Source of the DNA: Spirochaetota bacterium
Lineage (GTDB): Bacteria > Spirochaetota > UBA4802 > JAFGDQ01
Assembly (NCBI GenBank): GCA_043803405.1
Contig: JAZDKB010000048.1
Location: 1-64,000, forward strand
Length of the DNA: 64,000 nt
Direction: 5' to 3'
Made by a program: the position numbers and the translations under genes. Of this stretch, positions 29,707-39,811 are shown piece by piece (position 1 is the stretch's first letter; each line of letters begins with the position of its first letter). Below the pieces are notes generated by a model. The model ran no database searches. It saw nothing but the letters and a program-made list of their open reading frames with translations, and was not told the origin of the DNA.

Positions 29707-30627
29707 TTACTTTAAAAATCCCTGAATAATTTTGTTAACAGCTTCATCATAAGTAAGGCCAAGGCTCATCAGCTTCATTAGCTGGTCATTGGCTATCTTG
29801 CCTATGGATGCTTCGTGAGTCAGTTCCGCGTCAGAATGTCCTGCTTTGAGAGACGGTATTGTCTCGTTACGTCCGTTGTCCATTATGATCGCGTCGCACT
29901 CGATATGTCCGAAGCATTTTGCCTGCGCGTCCATTGTAGCATAGAAATTCTGCACCGAATTTCCTTTTATAACAGACCTTGAGATCATGTTGGCCTTGCT
30001 GCCGTCTCCTTTAAGCAATATCTGATTTCTGGATGTTGCTTTCTGCGACGCATCGGTCATTACTCTCTCTGTTATAAGGATAGTGCTGCCTGTACCCAGT
30101 GTTGCTTCGTTAAGCCTGTTGGCAGCATCCACGCCTCCAAGCTGCGAAAGCTCCATTTCAGCATAAGCTCCCTGTTCCAGATATACTTTTGTTGTAGGAT
30201 TAAGGCTGCGTTTGCCTTTTCCTTCACCGAGAGCGACGTGCTTTTCTACATATTTTATCCTGGCGTTTTTACCTACGCGGAATTCGTGAATGCCTTCGTG
30301 TCCTTGCTCTTTGGAAGTCCCGCAATGAATACCGCAGCCTGCCACTATTGTAACATCCGAATCATCCCCGATAATAAAATTATTATAAACAACGTCGTTG
30401 AGCCCGGCCTGGCTTACGATAACAGGGATATGAACTGATTCGTTTTTAGTACCCGGCTTGATCGTAATTATTATACCGTTCCCTTCTGGATTTGTTTCAA
30501 TATTGATATTTGCAGAAACTTCCCTGCTTAACAGCTTGCCGTTTTTTCGAATATTGTAAGCTCCTTTGGGGATGCCTTCAAGATCGGCTACGGATTTTAA
30601 CAGTTCTTTATCTATAGCATCTAGCAT
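29707..30627 (-). CDS. SufB/SufD family Fe-S scaffold (SmsB-like)
   Basis: AGCGIHC, YVEKH, GHIECDAII, IPSL, ELTHEASIGKI, LMSLGL. Confidence 0.88.
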   Translation of the reverse strand: MLDAIDKELLKSVADLEGIPKGAYNIRKNGKLLSREVSANINIETNPEGNGIIITIKPGTKNESVHIPVIVSQAGLNDVVYNNFIIGDDSDVTIVAGCGIHCGTSKEQGHEGIHEFRVGKNARIKYVEKHVALGEGKGKRSLNPTTKVYLEQGAYAEMELSQLGGVDAANRLNEATLGTGSTILITERVMTDASQKATSRNQILLKGDGSKANMISRSVIKGNSVQNFYATMDAQAKCFGHIECDAIIMDNGRNETIPSLKAGHSDAELTHEASIGKIANDQLMKLMSLGLTYDEAVNKIIQGFLK

Positions 30628-31369
30628 TTAATTCTCCTTCGCAGACATTTGTAAAGCTGCAGAAACTTAAATCGTTTAAGAGCGGCATTGCGCCCTCTAG
30701 ATTTCCTGTATAAATTATCCGGCCTTCCTTTATTATTAGAAGCACATCAGCAGCCTCGAGAAAGACCTTATTGTGGCTCACTACAATAGTTGTTGTGCCA
30801 CGCTCCTTTTGTTCTCTTTTTATTAGATTTACCATTGGATCTATTGTCCACAGGTCGATCCCTGTGTCCGGTTCGTCGTAAATAGCGACTTTCGGGTTAA
30901 GGGCAATTGTTGTCGCAAGCTCAATCTTTTTTATTTCGCCGCCGGAAAGCTTCGAGTCCACTGGCTTATCCAGAAAGTCCAGCGAACAGATTCCTACCCT
31001 TGTAATGATATCGATAATCTTGCTTTCATCATCTGTTTTTGCAGCCATGGAGAGAAGATCCCTGCATGTTGTGCCTTTGAACCGTGCCGGATTCTGAAAG
31101 CTGTACGCTATCCCGGCGCGCGCCCGCTCTGTGATCGAAAGCTTTGTTATATCTTTCCCTTCGAACATCACAGCGCCCGATGTCGTTTCGTTGATACCCA
31201 TTATAAGTTTTGCCAGGGTCGTTTTGCCGCTGCCGTTCGGTCCGGTAACTGCGTAAAATTTTCCTTTCTCGAAAGTGAAATTTACGTTGTCGATTATCTT
31301 CCTTATTCCGTTTCCTACGGATGAATCGGAGCTCTGAGCTTCAAATGTCAGATTTTTTAATTCTAGCAT
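30608..31369 (-). CDS. SufC-like ABC ATPase (SmsC-like)
   Basis: GPNGSGKTT, ITERARAGI, LSGGEIKKIE, DEPDTGID; Cys-containing C-tail; overlaps the SufB-like gene. Confidence 0.85.
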   Translation of the reverse strand: MLELKNLTFEAQSSDSSVGNGIRKIIDNVNFTFEKGKFYAVTGPNGSGKTTLAKLIMGINETTSGAVMFEGKDITKLSITERARAGIAYSFQNPARFKGTTCRDLLSMAAKTDDESKIIDIITRVGICSLDFLDKPVDSKLSGGEIKKIELATTIALNPKVAIYDEPDTGIDLWTIDPMVNLIKREQKERGTTTIVVSHNKVFLEAADVLLIIKEGRIIYTGNLEGAMPLLNDLSFCSFTNVCEGELNARCYR

Positions 31370-31564
31370 ATCTGCCTCTTATTCTAATCAGCATTGCTTT
31401 TTTTTGAATTATAAAGCGTTACTTAATGAAGGCATATTTTAGTTTATTATGCAATATTTTTTTAGCAGGAATAGCAAATTATATTTTTGATGCAGGAGCT
31501 AATATTCGTATATACCGATAATAAATATATTCGATTAATATTTATTTTAAAAAGGAGTCATATT

Positions 31565-32308
31565 ATGAAAAAAAGTATTTTAACAAATTTATTTTTATTT
31601 CTTTTCGTCTTTACAGGCTTTTCCGTATTTGCAGAAGAAATGACTGATAAAAAAGAAACAAGCAAATTCAGTATAATGGCTGATGCTGGTTTTGGTTGGT
31701 CAAATAATCTGCGTACTGAGGACTGGTTAAACGCATATAGAAATTTGGCAAAAGCAAATTTTAATCCCGGTTACCAGGAAAAAGAAGAAAAGTCGACTCT
31801 TATTTACGGTGGATTCGATCTTGAACCCAGATATTATACAGGAAATATAGTGTACGGAGTTTCAATAGGTTATCATAAAACAACTACAGGCAAAAGGGAG
31901 TTAACAGGTACTCAAATAGCAACAACAAATCCTTTAAGCTATAAAGCAGAGGCTTCCCTGAGCATGTTCTCAGTAATGAGTACGATATATTATAAGATAA
32001 ATAAAAGCGATACAAGCTTTTTACTGCTTGGAGGCGGACTAGGCTATTACCGAGCCACTCTTAAATTGAAAGAAGGTTTTAACACTAATATCAATTCATA
32101 TAAAGGAAACGGATGGACAATTGGCTGGCATACTCAGATTGAGTACAATAAAACATTCGGAAATGTCGTGCTCGCTGGCGGTGTTATGAGCCGGTTTGCG
32201 GAAGTGTGGAAACTTGAAATTAATGATAGCAGCGGAAATGAAAAATACGACAGCAGCGTTAATATGACTGGTATATATTTTTACATTGGGGCAGGATATT
32301 TGATTTAG
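31565..32308 (+). CDS. outer-membrane beta-barrel protein
   Basis: Signal peptide, GGGLGYY, C-terminal GIYFYIGAGYLI; start MKKSIL after AAGGAG. Confidence 0.7.
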   Translation: MKKSILTNLFLFLFVFTGFSVFAEEMTDKKETSKFSIMADAGFGWSNNLRTEDWLNAYRNLAKANFNPGYQEKEEKSTLIYGGFDLEPRYYTGNIVYGVSIGYHKTTTGKRELTGTQIATTNPLSYKAEASLSMFSVMSTIYYKINKSDTSFLLLGGGLGYYRATLKLKEGFNTNINSYKGNGWTIGWHTQIEYNKTFGNVVLAGGVMSRFAEVWKLEINDSSGNEKYDSSVNMTGIYFYIGAGYLI

Positions 32309-32721
32309 ACAATCTTGAGGTAAAATCAGTTCTTGCAAGTATTATAAAACAGAAACGAAAACAGTTATTTTGCAGGAGGCAGCCTTAACGGTTGCCTCTA
32401 ATGGCAACATCTAGCTCCAGTATATGTTAGAATGAAAATAACTTAAAATTTATATATTTTATTTAAGATTTGATTTATCGGAAGTTTTGACAGATTTTTC
32501 CTAATTTAAGATATAAAAGCTCCTACAAAGTAATATCATAAATTTATAATAATTTTTTAATTAATGATTGAAATTATTTATTTTGTGTTGTTAAATTAAA
32601 AATTATATAACTTCATTTTAAAATAACGTATTAAAAAATAAAATATATTAACTCTCGATAATATTTGTCCATATTTTATTGAAACCAGTCATTTCTTAAG
32701 GTAATAAGGAGATGAAGATAA

Positions 32722-33270
32722 ATGATAGAAATCAGATGGCATGGCCGGGGCGGACAGGGAGCTGTTACTTCGGTGGAATTGCTGGCAGTATCGGCGATTG
32801 CTGCAGGAAAATATGCACAGGGTTTCCCCAGTTTCGGACCGGAAAGAAGAGGGGCGCCTGTCACCGCGTTTTCCCGCATTGATGATAAAAAAATTAATGA
32901 CCGTTCTTGTATTTATAAACCGGATGTAGTAATAGTGCTGGATTTCAGCCTGATAGGCATGGTCGATGTTATTGACGGATTGAAACCGGACGGCATATTG
33001 ATTGTCAATACGCAGAAATCACCCGATGAAATTCGTGAAATTATGAATGTTAAATGCAGGATATCTACTGTAGACGGCACCGGCATTGCGCGCAAGGTAA
33101 TGGGAGTACCAATTGCCAACACTACAATGATCGGCGCGTTGCTGAAAGTGATCGGAGTCATGGAACTCGATCAGATGAAGGATGTAGTGGAAAAAAGGTT
33201 CGGTAAACTAGCCCAGAAGAATCTTGATTCGATGAAAAGGGCTTATGATGAAACTATCATCAGCAATTAA
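32722..33270 (+). CDS. porC: 2-oxoacid (pyruvate):ferredoxin oxidoreductase gamma subunit
   Basis: EIRWHGRGGQGAVT, FGPERRGAPV, NTTMIGA. Confidence 0.93.
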   Translation: MIEIRWHGRGGQGAVTSVELLAVSAIAAGKYAQGFPSFGPERRGAPVTAFSRIDDKKINDRSCIYKPDVVIVLDFSLIGMVDVIDGLKPDGILIVNTQKSPDEIREIMNVKCRISTVDGTGIARKVMGVPIANTTMIGALLKVIGVMELDQMKDVVEKRFGKLAQKNLDSMKRAYDETIISN

Positions 33271-33283
33271 GAGGTAGAAAAAA

Positions 33284-33574
33284 ATGACAAAAAAAAAGGG
33301 ACCGGCGACCTGGCAGGAGATTACCATCGGTTGCGTTGTGTCCGAACCCGGCAGCGCCGGTGAGTATCATACCGGAAGCTGGCGGTCGGAACACCCTGTG
33401 TGGGATAACAGCAAATGCATTAAATGCGGCGTCTGCTATGTATTTTGCCCTGAAGGCTGCGTGCAGCAGGGAGAAGACGGATTTTTTAAAGCGGATATGA
33501 ATTACTGCAAGGGATGCGGTATTTGCGCACATGAATGCTGGTCACGCGCAATTACGATGGTTGAGGAGGGATAA
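33284..33574 (+). CDS. porD: 2-oxoacid:ferredoxin oxidoreductase delta subunit (2x[4Fe-4S])
   Basis: TGSWRSEHP, CIKCGVCYVFCP, YCKGCGICAHEC. Confidence 0.93.
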   Translation: MTKKKGPATWQEITIGCVVSEPGSAGEYHTGSWRSEHPVWDNSKCIKCGVCYVFCPEGCVQQGEDGFFKADMNYCKGCGICAHECWSRAITMVEEG

Positions 33575-33575
33575 C

Positions 33576-34751
33576 ATGGGCAAGCGCACAGGTATGGAAG
33601 TAGCAATTGCCGTAGCGGAAGCCGTAGGCCTCTGCAAAATAGATATGGCTGCCGCTTACCCAATTACGCCGCAGTCGCATATTGCCGAGCATTTATCCGA
33701 TCTTGTAGCCGACGGCAGGATCGATGCTGAATTTATAACCGTAGAGTCCGAACATTCGGCCATGAGCGCAGTCATCGGAGCCTCCGGAACAGGCGCCCGT
33801 TCTTATACCGCCACCAGCTCACAGGGGCTGATGCTGATGCACGAACTCCTGCCCATAGCTTCGGGCATGAGGCTGCCGATCGTTATGGGAATTGCCAATC
33901 GTGCGGTTTCCGGCCCGTTAAATATTCTGAACGATCATTCAGACATTATGCCCCAGCGCGACGCCGGGTGGATCGCGATTTTTGCCGAAAACGGCCAGGA
34001 AGCGGTTGATCTCTCAATCCAGGCTTTCAAAATTGCCGAGCATAAAGACGTTATGCTGCCGGTTAGCGTCAATATAGACGGTTTTCAGTTAACTCACATG
34101 ATAGAATCCCTGGAAATGCCGACCCAGGAAGAAGTAGATAAATTTCTGCCGCCTTTCGTTCCGCATGCGACTCTTCACCCGGCAAAACCGGTCACAATGG
34201 GAGCATTTTCCATGTCCGATTATTTTACGGAAATTATGAAGGCTAAGGATGAAGCAGTCAGGAATTCAAAGAAAGTTATCATGGACGTGTGGGATGAATG
34301 GGCTAAGATGTTCGGACGCAGCTACAAGCCTGTGGAAACCTACAAGGCCGACGATGCGGAAATCCTTCTGCTTACGATGGGTTCCATTGGCGAAACTGCG
34401 CAGATTGCGATTGACCAGTTGCGCAGCCAGGGCGTTAAAGGCGGCCTGGTTAAACTAAGGCTCTGGCGGCCTTTTCCTTTTGCAGAAATTAAAGCTGTAC
34501 TGAAAAATGCGAAAAAGGTGATCGTTACGGACCGCGCCGTCTCGTTCGGCGGCCCCGGCGGCCCTGTATTTTCGGAAATCCGGTCAGCTTTGTATGCGGA
34601 ATCTCAGCGTCCCGTTATTTGTAATTACATCATCGGCCTTGGCGGCCGGGACGTCACAGCGCATGATTTTGTCGGCATTTTCAATGAAACTATTGCTGAT
34701 ACTGAAAATGCGGCAGTTAACACCAGCAAATTCTGGGGGGTGAGGGAATAA
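33576..34751 (+). CDS. porA: 2-oxoacid:ferredoxin oxidoreductase alpha subunit
   Basis: YPITPQS, ESEHSAM, TATSSQGL, ANRA, GLGGRDV; start MGKRT. Confidence 0.93.
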   Translation: MGKRTGMEVAIAVAEAVGLCKIDMAAAYPITPQSHIAEHLSDLVADGRIDAEFITVESEHSAMSAVIGASGTGARSYTATSSQGLMLMHELLPIASGMRLPIVMGIANRAVSGPLNILNDHSDIMPQRDAGWIAIFAENGQEAVDLSIQAFKIAEHKDVMLPVSVNIDGFQLTHMIESLEMPTQEEVDKFLPPFVPHATLHPAKPVTMGAFSMSDYFTEIMKAKDEAVRNSKKVIMDVWDEWAKMFGRSYKPVETYKADDAEILLLTMGSIGETAQIAIDQLRSQGVKGGLVKLRLWRPFPFAEIKAVLKNAKKVIVTDRAVSFGGPGGPVFSEIRSALYAESQRPVICNYIIGLGGRDVTAHDFVGIFNETIADTENAAVNTSKFWGVRE

Positions 34752-35704
34752 TGAATATAGTAGAAAATTTTGATTTATATGCCCCGCGCCTGATCAATAA
34801 AAAAGAACTGTTATCCTCCGGCCACCGCGCCTGCTCGGGATGCGGCGAGGTCCTGGCTGTGCGCTTAATGTGCAAGGCCCTCGGTGAAAATACGGTTATT
34901 GCTTCCGCTACCGGGTGCATGGAAATCGTATCGAGCATGTATCCTACCACAGCCTGGGAGGTACCCTGGATCCACGTCGCGTTTGAAAATGCGGCAGCTG
35001 TGGCTTCCGGCGTGGAAGCAGGGCTGAAAGCGCTGCGCAGGAAAGGCAGAATAGACGACCGCTATGTAAAGGTTGTCGGTATGGCCGGAGACGGCGGAAC
35101 AATGGACATCGGCATGCAGGCGCTCTCCGGTGCAATGGAACGCGGACATGACATGCTGTTTGTCTGTTTTGACAATGAAGCCTATATGAATACCGGTATT
35201 CAGCGCTCCAGCGGCACGCCGATGGGCGCGTCCACCACCACCGCACCGGCCGGTAAAGTCAGTTTTGGGCAGAAAACCTGGAAAAAGAATATGCCGGAAA
35301 TCATGGCCGCGCATAACGTTCCTTATATCGCCACTGCCTGCCCCAGTTATCCGCTGGATCTTATCCGGAAGATTGAGAAGGCGAAAAACATGAAAGGCCC
35401 GTCTTACATTCATTGTTTCTGTGTGTGCCCGACCGGCTGGCGCTGTCCTTCTAATCTGGCGATCTCAATGGGGCGACTGGCTGTGGAAACAGGTATCTTC
35501 CCGTTATATGAAGTCGAAAACGGGCTTTATCATATTTCTCCGGATATGCCGAAAAAGCTCAAGCCGATTAAAGACTATTTCAAAGGACAGGGGCGTTTCC
35601 GCCATCTGACGCCTGATAAAATTGATATGATCCAGGAAAGAGTGAATAACGAATATATAAAGCTTATGGAAAAAGAGAAATGTTTGAAGACTGGAATCGA
35701 ATAA
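34751..35704 (+). CDS. porB: 2-oxoacid:ferredoxin oxidoreductase beta subunit (TPP-binding)
   Basis: GHRACSGCG, ATGCME, GDGG..DIG, DNEAYMNTGIQRS, CPTGW. Confidence 0.93.
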   Translation: MNIVENFDLYAPRLINKKELLSSGHRACSGCGEVLAVRLMCKALGENTVIASATGCMEIVSSMYPTTAWEVPWIHVAFENAAAVASGVEAGLKALRRKGRIDDRYVKVVGMAGDGGTMDIGMQALSGAMERGHDMLFVCFDNEAYMNTGIQRSSGTPMGASTTTAPAGKVSFGQKTWKKNMPEIMAAHNVPYIATACPSYPLDLIRKIEKAKNMKGPSYIHCFCVCPTGWRCPSNLAISMGRLAVETGIFPLYEVENGLYHISPDMPKKLKPIKDYFKGQGRFRHLTPDKIDMIQERVNNEYIKLMEKEKCLKTGIE

Positions 35705-35744
35705 GAAGGGGACTTCCCCTGAAGAATACCGAGGTAAAGACAGC

Positions 35745-36230
35745 ATGACAAAAACCGCTGAAATCAATAAAAAAGTACAGGAAATTGTCGAAAAGCATCA
35801 ATGCGATAAAAACGCATTGCTTGCAATGTTGCAGGATATTCAGGAAGATTTTAATTATCTTCCCAAAGAAGCACTGATAGCTGCAGGAAAAGCGCTTGAT
35901 ATTCCCATAACCCGCGTGTACGAAGTTGCTACGTTCTATACTGCGTTCAGCCTTAAACCGCGCGGCAAACACATTGTGAAAATCTGCCTTGGCACTGCAT
36001 GCCATGTTCGCGGCGCGTCGGCCATCCAGGATAAAATGGAACAGCTGCTTTGCATTAAGCCAGGTGAAACTACGCGTGATAAGAAATACTCGCTCGAAAC
36101 CGTCAACTGCGTGGGCGCCTGCGCGCTTGGTCCCGTTGTGGTGATAGACAAAGAATATCACGGCCAGATGACAATGGCCAAAGTTGATAAGATTATCGAA
36201 AAGCCCAAAGAGGGGGCACAGAAATCATGA
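35745..36230 (+). CDS. NuoE/HydC-like [2Fe-2S] subunit (BfuC-like)
   Basis: [26 protein letters not shown]. Confidence 0.92.
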   Translation: MTKTAEINKKVQEIVEKHQCDKNALLAMLQDIQEDFNYLPKEALIAAGKALDIPITRVYEVATFYTAFSLKPRGKHIVKICLGTACHVRGASAIQDKMEQLLCIKPGETTRDKKYSLETVNCVGACALGPVVVIDKEYHGQMTMAKVDKIIEKPKEGAQKS

Positions 36231-38074
36231 TTAAGATAGCAAATTCACAAGCCCTAAAGCAGGTCAGAGATGACCTGAAAAAGAATTATGATCCGAACAA
36301 AAAGCTTGTTACGATCTGTGCCGGTACCGGCTGCCGCGGTTACGGCTGTATAAAAGTCAAAGAAGAACTCGAAGCAGAAATTAAAAGGCAAAAAATGGAT
36401 GTGGAAGTCCGTGCCACAGGCTGTTTTGGATTTTGCGAAAAAGGCCCGCTTGTTGTTATTCATCCGGAAAAAATATTTTATCAGCGGGTAGGTGTCAAAG
36501 ACGTACCGGAAATTATTTCAAAAACAGTTGCCGGTGGCGAAATTCTGGAAAAGTTGCTCTACCGGGATCCACAGACCAATGAAGCTATTCTTAAGGAAGA
36601 AGATGTTCCTTTTTACAAGAAACAGCGAAGGCTTGTTTTCGGTTCAAACGGCCTGATAGATCCAACGCGCATTGAGGATTATATTTATATCGGCGGCTAC
36701 ACGGCGCTGGCAAAGGCGCTCACGGAAATGAGGCCGGAAGATATTATCAGCGAAGTGAAAAAATCCGGACTGCGGGGACGCGGGGGCGGAGGATTTTTAG
36801 CAGGCAATAAATGGGAAAGCTGTCGCAGGGCGGAAGGTTCCCCAAAATATGTCATCGGCAACGGAGACGAGGGCGATCCCGGCGCATATATGGATCGCAG
36901 TCTTATGGAAGGCAACCCGCATAGCGTTATCGAAGGCATGATTATCGGGGCTTATGCCATTGGGGCATCCGAAGGATATATCTATGTGAGGAACGAATAT
37001 CCCCTTGCTGTTATGCACCTGACTATGGCAATAGCCAGCGCCCGGGAAGCGGGGCTTCTGGGTAAGGACATTCTCGGCAGTAATTTTTCCTTTGATATTA
37101 AGATAAATAAAGGCGGAGGCGCTTTTGTATGCGGCGAATCTTCGGCGCTTTTTGCCTCGATTGAAGGTCGCGCCGGCGAACCTAGGGCCAAATATATACA
37201 CGCTGTGGAAAAGGGCTTGTGGGATAAACCAACATGCCTCAACAATGTCGAAACGTGGGCGAACGTTCCGTTCATCATTAATAAAGGAGCGGACTGGTAT
37301 GCTTCCATCGGAACAGAAGGCAGCAAGGGCACCAAGATATTCTCTCTTGTCGGCAAGATCAACAATACGGGTCTCATCGAAGTGCCGATGGGTATGCCGC
37401 TGCGTGAAATCATTTACGATATGGGCGGTGGTATCCCGAAGGGACGCAAATTCAAGGCAGTACAGACAGGCGGGCCCTCAGGCGGCTGCATCCCCGAGAG
37501 CCTTCTTGACATACCGGTCGATTTCGACAAGCTAAGCGAAGCCGGTTCCATGATGGGATCCGGAGGCATGATAGTCATGGACGACCGTTCCTGTATGGTG
37601 GATGTCGCCAGATACTTCCTGGGATTTTTACAGGAAGAATCCTGCGGCAAATGCGTTCCCTGCCGCGAAGGCGTACGGCGAATGCATGAAATCCTTGAAG
37701 ACATTTGCGCAGGCAAAGGCAGGGAAGGCGATGTGGAACTGCTTGAGCATTTATCGACCGGCGTCGCGGACGGTTCACTTTGCGCACTGGGCGGCAGCGC
37801 TCCTAACCCGGTATTGAGTACCATTCGTTACTTTCGGGATGAGTATGACGCTCATATCAAAGAACATCGCTGTCCGGCGGGAGTATGCAAGGCGCTGATT
37901 GTTTTCAGTATCGATCCGGAAAAATGTACCGGCTGCGGCATGTGTATCAAGGTTTGCCCAGTAAAAGCAACCAGCGGTGAGAAAAAGAAAGCTCATACTA
38001 TTGATAAAGAAATATGTACACGCTGCGGCGCATGTATGGAGAGCTGCAAATTTGATGCAATCAACGTAAAGTAA
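36227..38074 (+). CDS. NuoF/HydB-like FMN/NAD-binding subunit (BfuB-like)
   Basis: N-terminal [68 protein letters not shown]-terminal 2x[4Fe-4S]. Confidence 0.93.
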   Translation: MIKIANSQALKQVRDDLKKNYDPNKKLVTICAGTGCRGYGCIKVKEELEAEIKRQKMDVEVRATGCFGFCEKGPLVVIHPEKIFYQRVGVKDVPEIISKTVAGGEILEKLLYRDPQTNEAILKEEDVPFYKKQRRLVFGSNGLIDPTRIEDYIYIGGYTALAKALTEMRPEDIISEVKKSGLRGRGGGGFLAGNKWESCRRAEGSPKYVIGNGDEGDPGAYMDRSLMEGNPHSVIEGMIIGAYAIGASEGYIYVRNEYPLAVMHLTMAIASAREAGLLGKDILGSNFSFDIKINKGGGAFVCGESSALFASIEGRAGEPRAKYIHAVEKGLWDKPTCLNNVETWANVPFIINKGADWYASIGTEGSKGTKIFSLVGKINNTGLIEVPMGMPLREIIYDMGGGIPKGRKFKAVQTGGPSGGCIPESLLDIPVDFDKLSEAGSMMGSGGMIVMDDRSCMVDVARYFLGFLQEESCGKCVPCREGVRRMHEILEDICAGKGREGDVELLEHLSTGVADGSLCALGGSAPNPVLSTIRYFRDEYDAHIKEHRCPAGVCKALIVFSIDPEKCTGCGMCIKVCPVKATSGEKKKAHTIDKEICTRCGACMESCKFDAINVK

Positions 38075-38088
38075 AGGCAGGATAAAAA

Positions 38089-38802
38089 ATGGTTAATCTG
38101 ATTATTGACGGAAAGAATATATCGGCGGCAGAAGACACAATGCTGCTGGAAGCAGCCCGAAGCGCGGGTGCGACAATACCGACTTTTTGCGCCCATGAAT
38201 CCGTGACCCGTGCCGGCGCCTGCAGGCTTTGCGTGGTGGAAATTAAAAAGGGCAGCCGGAGCCGGATTGTCACCTCATGTTTATATCCCGTGGAAGAAGG
38301 TTTAACAGTCAGCACAAAAAGTGAGCGCGTGCTGAATGTTCGCCGCCTGGTGATGGAACTATTGCTGGCACGCTGCCCGGACTCCGATGTAGTACAAAAA
38401 ACTGCAAGGGAACTCGGCGTGGAACCCCAGGCTCGATTTACCGCCGACATGGATAAGGGCAAATGCATTCTATGCCGTTCCTGCGTGCGCGTTTGTGAAG
38501 AAGTAGTCGGAGTAAGCGCCATAGGCTTAATCAGCCGCGGCTCTCATAAAGAAGTCGGCACTCCTTTTAGCGAAAAATCGGATGTCTGCATCGGCTGCGG
38601 TGCGTGCGTCTATGTTTGTCCCACCGGCCACATTGAAATGCAATCCTCCGGCGATAAACGCAAAATCTGGGGCCGTACCTTTAAGATGCAGACCTGCGGA
38701 AAATGCGGCAAGTATTTCGCGCCCGTGGATCAGCTGAAATATATCAGCAAAAAAACAGGCGTACCATTTGAGGAGCTTGCAGTTTGCACAGAGTGCCGGT
38801 AG
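38089..38802 (+). CDS. NuoG/HydA N-terminal-like Fe-S subunit with no catalytic domain
   Basis: IPTFC..GACRLC..TSC [2Fe-2S]; CILCRSCVRVC and CIGCGACVYVCP; C-terminal CGKC..CTEC; only 237 aa. Confidence 0.88.
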   Translation: MVNLIIDGKNISAAEDTMLLEAARSAGATIPTFCAHESVTRAGACRLCVVEIKKGSRSRIVTSCLYPVEEGLTVSTKSERVLNVRRLVMELLLARCPDSDVVQKTARELGVEPQARFTADMDKGKCILCRSCVRVCEEVVGVSAIGLISRGSHKEVGTPFSEKSDVCIGCGACVYVCPTGHIEMQSSGDKRKIWGRTFKMQTCGKCGKYFAPVDQLKYISKKTGVPFEELAVCTECR

Positions 38803-38815
38803 TATCCGGTACATT

Positions 38816-39238
38816 TTAATCCTGTTCTTCGGTATCTCCGCCTTTTATGTCACCCCTTTTAATCCTTACTGCTGTACCTTTAACATAAGTAACAGAATAG
38901 TTTTGCTCTTTGCCGTATTGGAAAGAATTGTTATAATAAAATATTATTTTACTGTTATCCGGATTCCTGCATTGCTTTTTAACAACATCTGAAAGGCTTG
39001 CGCCGGATGGCAATTTCGGATCATTCTTAACCAGAATTGAATATGGCTCCCCGACTGCGGCAATTGATTCACACGGATTCATGCCCAGTATTACAATACC
39101 TTCAAGTATCGCTATCCTGTTCAGTTCCGACATTTGAAGATGGCTGTTTATATATACGTTTGCGTTTTCAAATCTATTTTTTTCGAGGGATGAACAGGAT
39201 GCAATTAAGAATAATAATAAGATAACATATTTTTTCAT
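38816..39238 (-). CDS. hypothetical lipoprotein
   Basis: Lipobox LIASC; AILEG.V.LGM..E...A.G.P motif. Confidence 0.6.
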   Translation of the reverse strand: MKKYVILLLFLIASCSSLEKNRFENANVYINSHLQMSELNRIAILEGIVILGMNPCESIAAVGEPYSILVKNDPKLPSGASLSDVVKKQCRNPDNSKIIFYYNNSFQYGKEQNYSVTYVKGTAVRIKRGDIKGGDTEEQD

Positions 39239-39433
39239 AAAGCCCCGGTTTTAATAGAAAAAAACAATTGAACCATTGTTTTTTTAAGAAATGATCGATG
39301 CTAACTTATAGAAATATCGATAGATGATTTTCAGGATGTCAAATCGAATTTCTAAAAAACGCTGAAGATAATTATACTGAAATAATCAATTTCCGTTAAT
39401 GTACCATCTCAGATGTGACTTTTATAGAAGAAA

Positions 39434-39592
39434 TTATTTATCCTTAGGGCAACTCAGGACAATTATATCATTTTTTTTGTCATTTGAATATGTTGTTGCA
39501 TTGCTGATTGTTATATTTTTAAAACTACAGAGCACCTGACCGTTCCGATAGAATTTATGATACTCGCATTTTATACAGTTTTCTAGTTTCAT
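39434..39592 (-). CDS. 52-aa Cys-rich small protein (below the ORF-track cutoff)
   Basis: Manual translation MKLENCIKCEYHKFYRNGQVLCSFKNITISNATTYSNDKKNDIIVLSCPKDK. Confidence 0.45.
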   Translation of the reverse strand: MKLENCIKCEYHKFYRNGQVLCSFKNITISNATTYSNDKKNDIIVLSCPKDK

Positions 39593-39811
39593 AGAAGTAG
39601 CAATTCTCTTTATGTTGGATGATTTGAAAGACTATAAACAGTTAATTACTTTCTAATTGTTGTCAAATATTTTCCTGATATTTAAATAATTTTATTGAAA
39701 GCCATATTATAATGCCATCTTAAAATTGTCCTACACGCAATTAATTTCTTTACAATTTAAATTAACAAATTTATATAATATCACTTTTAAATTAAGGGCA
39801 CAGCAAAACAC

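Noticed and set aside
32377..32399. Intrinsic terminator or c-di-GMP riboswitch after the OM protein gene
   Set aside because: GAGGCAGCC/GGTTGCCTC hairpin is real but has no U-tract and no GEMM consensus
35745..38802. Respiratory complex I nuoEFG or an [FeFe]-hydrogenase
   Set aside because: No other nuo genes in the window; the A subunit has neither the NuoG C-terminal domain nor H-cluster motifs
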